A stretch of DNA of 64,000 nt from contig NC_088858.1 of NCBI RefSeq assembly GCF_963853765.1, forward strand, positions 54,498,001-54,562,000, written 5' to 3'. This document shows positions 26,101-38,600 of the stretch, piece by piece. This DNA comes from Magallana gigas. Taxonomy: Eukaryota. A program made the position numbers and the translations under genes. How positions within the stretch are numbered: the stretch's first letter is position 1; every line of letters starts with the position of its first letter. The notes under the pieces were generated by a model. It saw only the letters and a program-made list of their open reading frames with translations, searched no databases and was not told the DNA's origin.

Positions 26101-29100
26101 CCATACCATCTGATTTCGGGTGATAAGGTGTGGTACGTGTTTTTCTAATACCCAATAACCGACACATTTCAGAAAACAGCTTGCTCTCGTATTGGCGCCC
26201 TTGATCAGAATGCAGAACTGATGGTACGCCAAATCTGGCTATAACTTGCTCCATGATTGTGCTTGCTACGGTTTCAGCATCCATACTTTGTAGAGCGAAA
26301 GCCTCTGTCCACTTTGTAAAATAATCGGACACTACAAGTATATGGCGATTTCCTCTGTCCGTCTCTGGCAATTCGCACAATATATCAGTTGCAATCCTCT
26401 CCATTGGAGTACCGGAACCAGCAATTTGCATAGGAGCTCTTTGCTTTGGATTTGGATTCTTGCGCATGGTGCATTTTTCACAACCGGAAATATACTGCTG
26501 GACATCTTTCCGAAACCCAGGCCAGTAATACTTTTGCCTTATTTTGGCCAGAGTTTTCGTAACACCTAAGTGTCCTGATGTATGGCTGTCATGGCACATA
26601 TTAAGTACTCTCCGACGCTCTTCATTGGGTATAATAGCCTGGAATGTTTCCTTGCCTGAGGGTAGCAGTATCCATTTTCGCATTAACAGCCCTTCTTTTA
26701 TGCACAGGCGATCAAATTGATTCCAGAGTGATTTCACCACAAACCCTTGCTGCGTTATCTTAGAGTTACAAGGTCTTTTCCCACTTTCAACCCAAGAACG
26801 AACCAACTGAATGTCCTTGCTTTCACTCTGCGCTTCTTTCAAAGTATGGTCATCTTTCTCGCTCGAGTCTAGATTTGCGTACACAGTTCGAACTTTTTGC
26901 ACTGTTTCAGGTTCGAAACCACACTGGGGACATGGTATTCTACTGAGTGCATCTGCGTTACCATGCTTTCGACCAGGGCGGTGCTCAATCTCAAAGTCGT
27001 ACGTACTGATCACTTCCAGCCACCTCGCCATTTGACCTTCCGGATCCTTAAATCGTAACAGCCATCTTAGTGATCCGTGGTCTGTCCTGATTAGAAAATG
27101 ACATCCATAAAGGTAGTGTCGAAAATGCTTGATGAAGTGAACAACCGCCAATAATTCTCTCCTGGTAACGCAATATCGCTTTTCAGCTTTAGACAAGGTT
27201 CGGCTTGCATATGCAATCACACGTTCTTTATCATCAATTTTCTGCGAAAGCACAGCACCGATTGCCGTTCCACTGGCATCCGTATCTAGTATAAATTGCT
27301 TTGTTACATCAGGTAATGCTAAAATTGGCGCACTGACCAATCGATCACGCAACACCTCAAAAGCTTCCTGGGTCTCTTTCGTCCATTGAAACTTCCTTCC
27401 CTTCTCAGTGAGTCGATGCAGGGGCTTGGCTATGGAAGCAAAGTCTCGTATGAAGCGCCTGTAGTAGCTGCAAAGGCCAAGGAAAGATCGAATTTCTGAG
27501 ACTTGGTATCGGCCAATCAGCAACTGCTTTTACCTTTTCCGGATCAGTAGCAATACCATCCTGAGATATTATATGTCCAAGGTACGAAACCTTCTTTGCA
27601 AAAAGGTTGCACTTTTTAGCCTTTAGTTTGAGACCTGCCTGTCGCAAACGCTTGAACACCTCTCCGAGATTTTCTAGCATGTCTTCAAACGATTTCCCGA
27701 CAACAATTATGTCGTCCAGATATACCAAGCACTTGTCCCATTGAAGGCCTGCAAGCACTGTCTCCATGAGACGTTCGAAAGTGGCAGGTGCACAACACAA
27801 ACCGAAGGGCATAACCCTAAACTGATATAACCCTTTGCGCGTAACAAAGGCAGTCTTCTCCTTGTCTCCTTTTTCCATGCCGACCTGCCAGTACCCACTG
27901 CTGAGATCTAGTGTAGAAAACATAGCATGCCCTGAAAGATGGTCAAACGCTTCCTCTATCTTTGGAAGTGGATATGCATCTTTCACTGTAACTTCGTTTA
28001 ATCGACGATAGTCAACGCAAAAGCGCATTGTCCCATCTTTCTTACGAACTAGGACAACGGGTGATGCCCACGGGCTGATAGATGTTTCGATTACCCCTTT
28101 ATCAACCATTTCATTGACTTGCTTATCAACCTCTTGAGATAAATGTAGAGGGATTCGTCGAGGCGCCTGTTTGATAGGACGAGTTCCTAGTTCAGTATTT
28201 ATCTTGTGTTTCACAACATGTGTCCGCCCTAAATCATAGTTCGATGTTGCGAACAAATCCTCGTTTTTGTGCAAGAATAGTTCTACCTTCGAAAACTGCG
28301 CAGGAGACAGATTAAGTTTGCACCTGTCAAACAACTCCCGCAAATCACTGCGTAATCCCTTAGCACTATTTTCAGCCTCACCCGCGGAAGCATTTTGTTC
28401 TTCCACTGCAGTCATTTTTGCAATCAAAGTACCACCATGAATTTGCTGAACGCTCTCAGTGATATTCATGAGACAAACTGGCACAATATTATGTCCCTTT
28501 ACCAAAGTTCGGCCAACCAATGCGCGTCCACTCTCAAGAAACTTTGGCTCGGCCTCTACCAAATAGTCTGCGGAACCAAATGTATTTTCTCCCGGTACCT
28601 TAGCCTGAATTACAACTTCACTTCTCGGTGGCAGGCACACATCCTTATCCGCCGTTACCCTATAGCACCCTAATGTACCTTCCCATGAGAAGCGACACTC
28701 CTCATTATTCAATTTCAGAGAACTTCGTTCGAAGTTTATATCTCCTTTGCATGCTCTAAGAAAATCAAGACCCAGTATCCCGTCTACACTAATATCCGCT
28801 ACCATTAGTTTCACCGTTTCCCTCGACCTTCCTATCTTTATAACGAAATCGGCTTTTCCATACTGACAAAGTCTTGAGCCACTGGCACTCGTTATAACTT
28901 GTCTACTCTCCTCTAATACGGGCTTGTCTGGTAGTTTGCCATATATTCTCTTAGACAACAAAGTCAGGGATGCACCAGTATCAATGAGAAGTTTTGTTTT
29001 GAGGCCGTTTACTTCTGAATCTATAAAAATACCTGCTTCTTCACATAGGTTGCTTGCACCTACATTTCCTTTAGAACTCTTTCGATTTTTTCGCCTCTGC

Positions 29101-32100
29101 TTACCGCGAATTCGACGCGCATTCCCATCTTTAGGCTGCTCACTGCGTCGAGTACTATTATCGCGCTCTCTCTTCAATTTGGGACAATTTCTACGGATGT
29201 GTCCTTCTTCTGAGCATTTGTAACACTTCACTTTCCCGCTTCTTTGCGTATTGGCAAATCTGTGACCTTCAAGAACGCCTTGATTTTTACCTTTCTCCTC
29301 AATGCGCTTCTCTATCGATTCTATCTTATCCTGAAGTGTCTGCATCATTTCAAATAAATCTTTGGACTGCGATTCATTCTCACTAGTGGGTTTTGTGAAG
29401 TTCACACTGTGCACGTGGCTTCTCTTTTCAGTCTTGTAATATGCGTCCAACTCAACTGCTAAGCGTATTGCTTCATTTAAATTCTGAGGTCTACTTTGCT
29501 TTAAGCGCAATCGCATGTCGGAATCTACCAGCGCATCTATAAATGCCTCTTTTCCAAGTGTTTCTCTTACCTCCATTAGTACTGAAGGATAAGCCAGACA
29601 AGTAAGTCTCCTAATTGCTTGACCTAGTTCTGTCAGTGTTTCCGAAGCTCTCTGTCGTCTCTCTTTCAATTGCGCACGGTAAAGCTCAGTTTGATTCGGC
29701 GGCGCAAATCGCTCCTCCAGTGCTTCAACCAACAGATTATACTGTTGTCCCGTCTCTGACGAGACATTCCCAAGCACCCCTTGCGCAGCACCTCGCAATG
29801 ATACGGCTAAATAGAGTCCTTTCTCTCTATCAGGCCAGTTATTAATGGCCGCACAAGCGTCAAAATGAGACTTGTAATCAATCCAAGAATGACTACCGTC
29901 AAAAGTCGCAGGTTTTATATTGCATTTTGTTGCATTCCTGTCGGTGGTGATTGGCATTTGCGTAGGCGGACGACTGTTAAAATTCCTTAGCGCAAAGTCG
30001 TTATTTCGTCTCTGGCCCACAGAATCTGTAACTGTACTCAATTCACCTGTAGCTAATTGTTGTTGCACTTGCGCTGGCACTGGTATCTGCGAATGCACTT
30101 GCAGTGGTAAATAGTGTTGTGCATGCATACGATTTTCTTGCGGCGCACTCGCCGTTTGTAGATGCGCATTTGATGCGTTTGATAGCCTATCAGTCACGGC
30201 TACCGGCGCATCCGCTTGATACTGTTGCGCACTTTCATAATGTGCATTCTGTGCAGAAGCAGGCTTTCGTTGTGCCGTTTTTCTTAAAGTAACACCATCA
30301 ATGTAACTACCCTCCGCCTGAGAGTTTTCCGTTTGCCTTAAATTCACGCTCACCACTGTATCATCCGCAACTCCTTCAGTTAAGCATTCCCGAACTACAA
30401 CTTCCTTGGGTATAGTAGCAATGCCAGAATCGCGCATCGATCTATTTCTCACTACTGGTGTCGACTTCTTTTCTATTTCAAGGCGCAATCGCTCACAACT
30501 CTGTTCAAGGAAAGAGATTTCCTCATCCAGCATTTCATCCATTGCGCTCATCATTTAACAAATAAAAGAGAAACAAACAAACAGTACTCTATTTTAACAA
30601 CTAATTTTAAATGTGATTATTTCTTTCATTTGCCGAATCCCACCGCTCGCTGCCACCAAATTTATGTAACGTTTCTGAGTTCGATATGGGATTCGGCTGC
30701 TCTGCCTGAGCAAATCAAAGAGTGAATTAAATGATCTATTTCCTCAATCACAGATTTAAATTTGAAATATGTACAAATAATATCCCCCGGTTCTCTGTGG
30801 CGCACGCACTTCAAACTACGATTGCGTATGCGCTGCTCGAAGACAGGAGCGTACGCGCCGTTCCGGGACTGTAGCGTTCTAACTACTGTCAACAAGCCAA
30901 TTTGTATATTTATTACTCCAAATATACACCTATAGTCTCGAAAGCCTATTACAGGCACGTAAGACTACAGACAGGTTATTCTTACCAACCTTAATTTCTT
31001 TCCTGGCTTCGATGTGTTGATGTCTCGGCCGTCGAACACAGACTCTCCGATCCTACTGATTTTCTCAGCTTATATACCCTTCGGGTATCACGTGACCAGC
31101 TGAGGATCGAATGGGATGAGTACATGAAACCGGAAGTCAGTCAGCACAATTCTACCACAGGGAACCGAAGGGATATTTTCGATTTTGATCATAACTTCGC
31201 TTCAATACCAACAGAGCTTGGAATAAAGGCGGTGAGCTATTGGATCAACAAGCATCCTCAAATTCTACAAGATCGCTTTACAAAAGAATATATACTCGAA
31301 GGGTTACATATAATACTTCAAAACAACACCTTTGCATTCGGAAAAAATCATTACTTACAAGTGAAAGGTACAGCAATGGGGACAAAGGTGGCACCAACAT
31401 ACGCCACTGTAACTCTTTGATACCTTGAAGAAAAGCTACACGAACAAATACTTTCACTCTGAGGAGAAAAAGAAGCCAGATCTATTAAATCTAGTTGGAA
31501 ACGATTTCTAGACGATTGCTTTATTTTATGGAATAATAGTGACGAAAATTTAAAGATATTTTATCAACTTGTGAACAACCTTGATCCCAACATCAAATTT
31601 ACTTTAAAAAGTAGTGACACCAAATTACCATTTTTGGACGTTCTGGTTATAAAGAAGAATTCAAAACTTTTTACTGATATATACTACAAAACAACTGACA
31701 CACATCAATATCTTCATTTTAATTCGTGTCACCCTCATCATACAAAAACTGCTATTCCATATAATTTAGCTCGACGTATTTGTACCATTGTGAGCGATGA
31801 AAACACCCAAGACATACGCCTCAGGGAACTCAAACATTACCTCACTAACCAAGGTTATCCCGAAGGTCTCATTGACGACGGAATTCGTAAAGCCAGGAAG
31901 TATGATAGATCGGAATTATTAGCCAGTAAACATCCGGAAAAAACCATTGATATTATTCCATTTGTACATACTTTTAATCCAAGAAATATGAACATTACGC
32001 CAATAATTCATCAGTTTAATAATATCCTCATCAACGACCAATCCACGAAAGAAATTTACAAAGATGTGAACTTCATTAACAGCAGACGTCAGCCTAAAAA

Positions 32101-32567
32101 TCTAAAACGAATATTGTTCACTTCCCATTTTGATACTAAACACACAGTTACTAAATGTAGAAACCCACGATGCGGGACCTGTGACCATATTACAGAGGGA
32201 TCTAAGTACGACTTCAGCGGAAAAGAATTCATCATAAAGACGGACATGTCATGTGACACTAAGAATGTATTATATGTTATAACATGTCCAGGCTGCAACG
32301 AGTACAATACTAGGGAAACAAGCAATCCACTTCGGGCCCGTGTGCGTGTACATAAACAACACATAAACACCCCGGGATATCGACAGATACTGTTAAGTGA
32401 GCATTTGGACACTCGCGACAATAAACAGTTTAAAATATTTCCATTTTACAAACTGTTGAGTGACAGTTATGTGCAAAGAAGAGAAAAAGAAAAACATTTC
32501 ATCCGTATTTTTAAACCCAAATTGAACTGTCTGTAATAATCAACAGTTTGTAAAATGGAAATATTTT

Positions 32568-32635
<68 letters not shown>

Positions 32636-35600
32636 CTTTTATTTTCGCGATTTCTTTCAAATCGCAAAATATAAGTATAAATTATACCCTGTAGTATAAG
32701 GAGCTTTTAAAATCGTAAAAAATGACTTACGCAAATAAAAAAAATGCTACATATTTTCCCCAGTTTTACAAATTTTTTGACACGCGAAAAAAATGGATAT
32801 ACGGTATAAAGCACTAAAAATGGCTATGACACGAACAATTGATGTTTTCTAATTTTCGGGACAACCATACCCTTCTTCAGGACAAAAGAAATAAATTACA
32901 TGGATAAAAACAAAGACAATAAAATCTACGGATATAGCCTACATGAATACGATATTGCATAAGTGTCACAATGACATCTTTTATTTTTAGCTCTTTTAAA
33001 TTGCATAACAATGTAATGTGTGAAATTTATGCATATCCGATCGCAACAATTCTGCTTATCGAGTATTTTGATTGTGTTCAGTCTGTATGCCTTTATAAAG
33101 CCCCTTTTACAATTGGCGCATGAGCACTTTACAACACTTTGCAATCGATTTTTTTTTTTGGCTTCGCACGAGCTATCTCATACGTTGTACGAACTCTCGC
33201 ATTCGTTGCATGCGTTTTTGTCGTCGCATCAAGTCTCCTCAAAATTGTGGACATGCACACTATTCAGACGCGACCGAATGCGACCCAAATTATTGCAGTG
33301 CAACGCACGAAGATTGGTACGAATGTTTTACAACATTTTGTGTGCTCGCAAGAGCGATGCACGATTTTTAGACGGGGTCACGTGACCCCGTCTATTGGTT
33401 TACTGGGAAAAGAGTACCAATTCATTTCCCAAAGGGCGCAATGTTAACTTAAACCCACCTGGCTAGTTTGCTATTATACTTACAGACATATCCTTGGTCA
33501 CATTTGAAAGTTCATTCCAAGCACTAACACAAAATCAGTAGAAATACATAGGGTCCCATGGCGTTTATAGGTCAAAATTGAGCTTGTTTACAACTTACAG
33601 CGATCCGCAGCAAATAAATCCAAGTCCCAAAATTGACACCCACCCCCTATTTCAACCCCTCTTATTTCTTTTTTTTTTTGCAGTACTTCTTCAATCCATC
33701 ATTCATTTTAAACAGTGATAAATTTACTTTGAAATAATCATTATTTCAGCAATTAATTCAGCCAATCACCTTAGCCATACCTTTTTTTGCGCGGCTCAAT
33801 CTTGTATTAACACTTCTCTGATGTCAACATCCGGTGCACTGGTACTCTCATTCCTATAGTCAGCCGAAGTCTCAAACCGGAAGGCACGCGTAGAGCACAT
33901 GAATTGAGTCTACGCGTGAGAAAATAGTGCAGAAAGTTTTCATGCATTTCAGTAAATATGTATTATAAAAACACGCATTAAATCATATTAAGCCCTCTGT
34001 GTATAAACAAAATTCTATTTAGAAAATAAACAAATAGTTTTATTGATCAAAATATTCTTGCTCGGGTTCAAATGTGGAATGAGTTACGTAACTGAATGCA
34101 CAGCGCCGTTGACGATTCAGTTGGTGTACGAGCTCATTAATCAATAGAACAGGTTGATGGTGGAATAGAAATTAAAGTTCCCAAACGCAATGTGCCATTT
34201 TTGAAAAGTTGTAAATTTTATTTTGACAATCTTTCACCCTAATACTACCAAACTTCATGCGCAAGCCGAAGTTAAAATCGGGACGGGTTATATAAGGAAT
34301 AAGGAATCATTCTTTGAGTATTATGAGGTGATAATTTCGGTCGGGGCGTGATCAAATCCATTGCAAAAAAGCCAAATTAACATAGATTGTAACAAATAAT
34401 TCAAACTCATAAATTTGATCACGCCCGACTGAAATTATCACCTCATAATATTTAAAGAATGATTCATTATTACTTATGTTTATATAATTTTAAGCCATCG
34501 TACGATTAAATATTTAAATATAAATAAGCAAACCCCGCTGGCGCCTCAATTTGGCGTCATTTGTATTATGGGTTATATAGTACAAAATCGATACGTAGTG
34601 ATATCACAGGCAAAGACACTTGAAAATGTAAATATACGCAGATGTTTTACAAATTAAATAGGTGTTTCATTGACTCCCAGTCTACTTGCGGTATGACTGC
34701 TGTTCGTCTCTAAAGGAATAAAACTTTTATTACAGATACCGTCCGACTTGTGGATTTTCACTTGGATCACAAAATTGAATAAATCTAATGATTAAAATTA
34801 TCTACTTTGATATAGTTGTTTGATTTTCCCGGTTAGTAGTAATTTTTAAAATTTTTCCTTGGGGTCTTATTTTACATAATATACCGTTGTGTCAATTTTC
34901 TACAATTATGAAGGCCGGGATAGAGTAAAATTTAGATAAAGTATCAGACAATTGCAAAAAAGCCGAATTTACACAGATTGTAACAAATAATTCAAACTCA
35001 TAAATTTTGGAAGGATATTCGAGGAAATCTAGGACAATTACAAATTCAAAACTTTCAAGACCCAATCTTTCAGTACTCTCAGTACTTTGATTAAATATTG
35101 TAAGATAAATCGCAGCTGTTTTTGCGTGTGTTATGCGACCATGAGACTGTTGCTCAACGTGTCTCATGTAATCTTGCAACGTTTTACCATCATTTCGGTT
35201 TCAGTTTACTTGCTTTGCCACTAAAATATACTGGATACATGGTTATTTTCGCCCCATGTTATTTGTGCTTCTATATACGGTCTTGCATCGTATTGAATTC
35301 GCTCCAATAATATTGTGGTAAAATAGAGATTATATGAGACATTGGAATTTGCCAAGTATTAATCTGCTTACTGACAAAAAGAGCGAAATGAACAAAAATA
35401 AATCGGTTGAATACTCCTTAAGTATAAATTGTATTAGCATATCTGTTGCAGGCCACAATTGACCTTGATTTTGGCTGTTGCTTTTGTCATCTTCTTGGGC
35501 GTTATCTATTCTTGGTTTCAAATATTTCTATTGAAGAGCGTCGGAATCGGGCACTTTATACCGGCATACCGCCTCTTACTCGTATGATCATTAGTACGAT

Positions 35601-38600
35601 GAATCGCATGATCGAACGAGCGCCGCTCATCCTGTCGTATTGGTGTACGTTCAATCGTCCAATCATTTGGTCTTTTGTGCGATCTTATCGCAATATCTTA
35701 CAACACTCGCGTTCATTGTACAACAAACGCATATAGACGCAAGATATATCGCAAGTTTCAATGCTTTTACATCGCACAACGGTCGCTTTGAATCGTGCGA
35801 GTTTCGGACGAGTACTTTTTCATATGCGATTGTTTTGGCAACAGTTTACGAACCATATTCAGTTTTTTCGGTCGCACGAATATTTTGTCGCTTCTGCTCG
35901 TGCGCCAAAACATCTTTAACCAAACCAAAACCTACTTATGTTTAGAAATATCCTGTTTAATACCATTTTTTTAAATATCAAGTACATAACGGCAATATAT
36001 TAGGAGTTGATTTTTATCAACTCTCCTATGCAGTTACTCTGGCAAACCGAAACTGAAACAGTGTTTGTACCTGAGCACAAATCATTACCGCTGACGAGAG
36101 TTAGTTCTTGAAAATAATCGATAAGTTCGATGTAATGTACGCTGAAGCATTTTTATTAAAGGAAACTTATTTATAAATACCATGGAAATAGTCAGATTTT
36201 AAATAATAAACAATTTAGAAGTTTTTTGCAGTCGTATGTATTCCTACGCCAGAGTTCAATATTGTCTCGTTCAACCATTGGCTGTCTCCGAACAACTCCG
36301 ACAAGCAGAGAGTCAGTCTAAATTTAAAGGTCGCATCGTCAAGCTATCACGTGACCTGGTATCTCTTACTCGTAGGAGATGAATATTTAAGATATCTATT
36401 GCAAACACAACCACCTCATCCTGCTGATCATTAAAATCCATCACCTAATTTACATGCGCTCATTGTTTGCACGAAGCATGTAGCATGTAGCATCGCACGG
36501 AATAAGACCATATAGCATGATCCTTATATCGCTATATTTTATTCCAAACAATTCCTTCAATTTTTAGGAATAAAGAGATTCGGATTTGAGATATTTGCGA
36601 GATACATTCATTAGCTACTAGTATAGATGGTCATTTGAAGGGACTAAATCTGTTAAAAGATTCAAAATCCCAGGTTGCGTTTTCATGTTCAACATTAAAT
36701 CTATTTATTGATATGTTGACAATTCATCAAAAATGCCCTCTGCTTAAACAGATTTGCTAAGCCCTACGGTGGAGCACACTTTGGTCAAGGGGTTGGAGAT
36801 ATACTTATGGACGATGTAAACTGTAGAGGGACGGAGTCCGACATCTCTAGTTGTTCATTCGGTGGATGGACTGTCAACAATTGTCAACACAGCGAGGACG
36901 CAGGGGTATCATGCGGTACTCACTCAGTTCATCGAAAATATATAATTCCGTTTGGAATCCACCTCAAAGCGATTTACGTCATGGAATATTAACATTACCC
37001 CAACTATAGTCTGTCCCAAGTTATTGCTTCCATCACATTTTGATGATTTTTAATAAAAATACACATACCTGGGAAAGACGTACAATTGGAATTGATGAAA
37101 TGGAAAATATCCAAGATATCTTCATTGACAGATTATATTCCTTTTCACTCATAAAAGTTAACAGGGGGAAAACAAATTTCTTACGGATATTTATAATGGG
37201 AAAGAGGTATAGCGTACTTTCCCATTTTTCGCCCCTTCTCATTTTTAAATAGAAAGTACCTGCTTCTATAAATAGATTTATCTGACGCCTTACCGCATAC
37301 AGTGCATTTTAGTCTCATTTCAAGCCTTGGGATAGGAAAAACGCTTTTTGTTTACTCTTTCTCGGTGTCTTCTTTCCTTTTTCTTTAGATACCCATGCAA
37401 AAGTGAATCGAGTGCGGTACTATTGTTTTTAGACGTCTTTGTTTATTTTTTCTATACACAATATCACATGTGTGATACTAAAGCGATATACAGTTTCTTC
37501 AATGCTTTTAATTATTAAAAAAAGGATTTTTTAAATAGAAAAAAATATTTCAACAAAACCATCATAATTAAGACAAAAATATTTATGCAGTCATCGGGAA
37601 TCGAACACATGACCACAAAAGCAAAAAGACAATAAGCCGATGCATAAAACCACTACGCCACGAAATCATTGATAAACTTCTGATCTTATAATTTTCCATG
37701 TATTGCAATGAAAGAGTAATCACGAAAATAGGGTTGTTGATTTCATTCTTAAATTTTAAAATGAAGATCATCTTAAACCAAAAATCACTTTGCATTATAG
37801 TATTGTTTGATGTCAGCTGAAATTATATTTAATTTATTTTTTCTGGTTTACGGTGGTTTAATGTTTGTTTTTGTTATTTGCCAATGCCCACATCACATAT
37901 TCCCATATGGTCAATACATAAACTGATTATTTTATCGGATTTTGATCGACACTACTATAAAAATTTTTACCAAGTTTCTTTGTGATTTGTATGCGCGAAC
38001 TGTAAAATAATGGACACATTTGAAAAAAATTCAATAAAAATTCATTTTTAAAAATGCGCAATATTGTATGCGATATTTCATTATAAGTGCGCTTTTTACA
38101 TCTTTTCACCATTCGGAAGTACTCGGGAACCTTGCGCAATTTTTCAACGTTATCATCCGGGCTTGCAATGCAAAATCTCCATAGACTTTCTATTTTGGGA
38201 TGTGTATTGAAACCGGAAGCGGTCGAGGGGGCGTTTCAAAACAGATAATCTGGACATTTTTCATATTAGTTGATGAACGTATTTTGAGCACAAAGGTATT
38301 TATTATTCTCGAAATACCAAGCGAAAAGTGGTGGAAGCAAAAACTCGGGACATAGTATAGTATTAAATTTCCCGTACTCGTCAAAACGGTACCCTTTTCA
38401 TAAATCTCCATACAACTAGTATGCTTAACTCTTTAGAGCCTTTGTCGTACTTTAAACTTCACGGTGGGAATGTGAGCTCGGAAGGATATCTTCAAGTTAC
38501 GGAATGGAATGACACAGCACACCCCGTGTGTGACAATTCAACATCGGACTCCCAAATTCATAGCATCTGTCAAATGATGGGATACAGCAAAGGGTAAATT

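Larger units (their letters stand above)
23799..31204 (-). mobile_element. Full-length Ty3/Gypsy LTR retrotransposon, very recent insertion
   Basis: 540-bp LTRs at 23799-24338 and 30665-31204 (TG...CA; no differences found by eye). 4-bp TSD ATAC at 23795-23798 and 31205-31208. tRNA-Leu-type PBS at 30634-30658 and a G-rich PPT next to 24339. Domain order gag-PR-RT-RH-IN. Confidence 0.97.
22763..32570 (+). mobile_element. Penelope-like element (RT + GIY-YIG), forward copy, interrupted by the Gypsy; carries stops and frameshifts
   Basis: N-terminal [37 protein letters not shown] and [10 protein letters not shown]; after removing the Gypsy it continues P-TELG. Then [24 protein letters not shown] and GIY-YIG-type [11 protein letters not shown]...EKHFI; stop at 32536. 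Confidence 0.92.

Noticed and set aside
26008-30292. Numerous short ORFs overlapping gag-pol, TRIM and GPCR
   Set aside because: Shadow frames of long genuine coding sequences.
31385-32536. Several G>A differences between the two PLE copies (possible deaminase editing)
   Set aside because: Too few, mixed with other substitution types, and direction cannot be set without a consensus.
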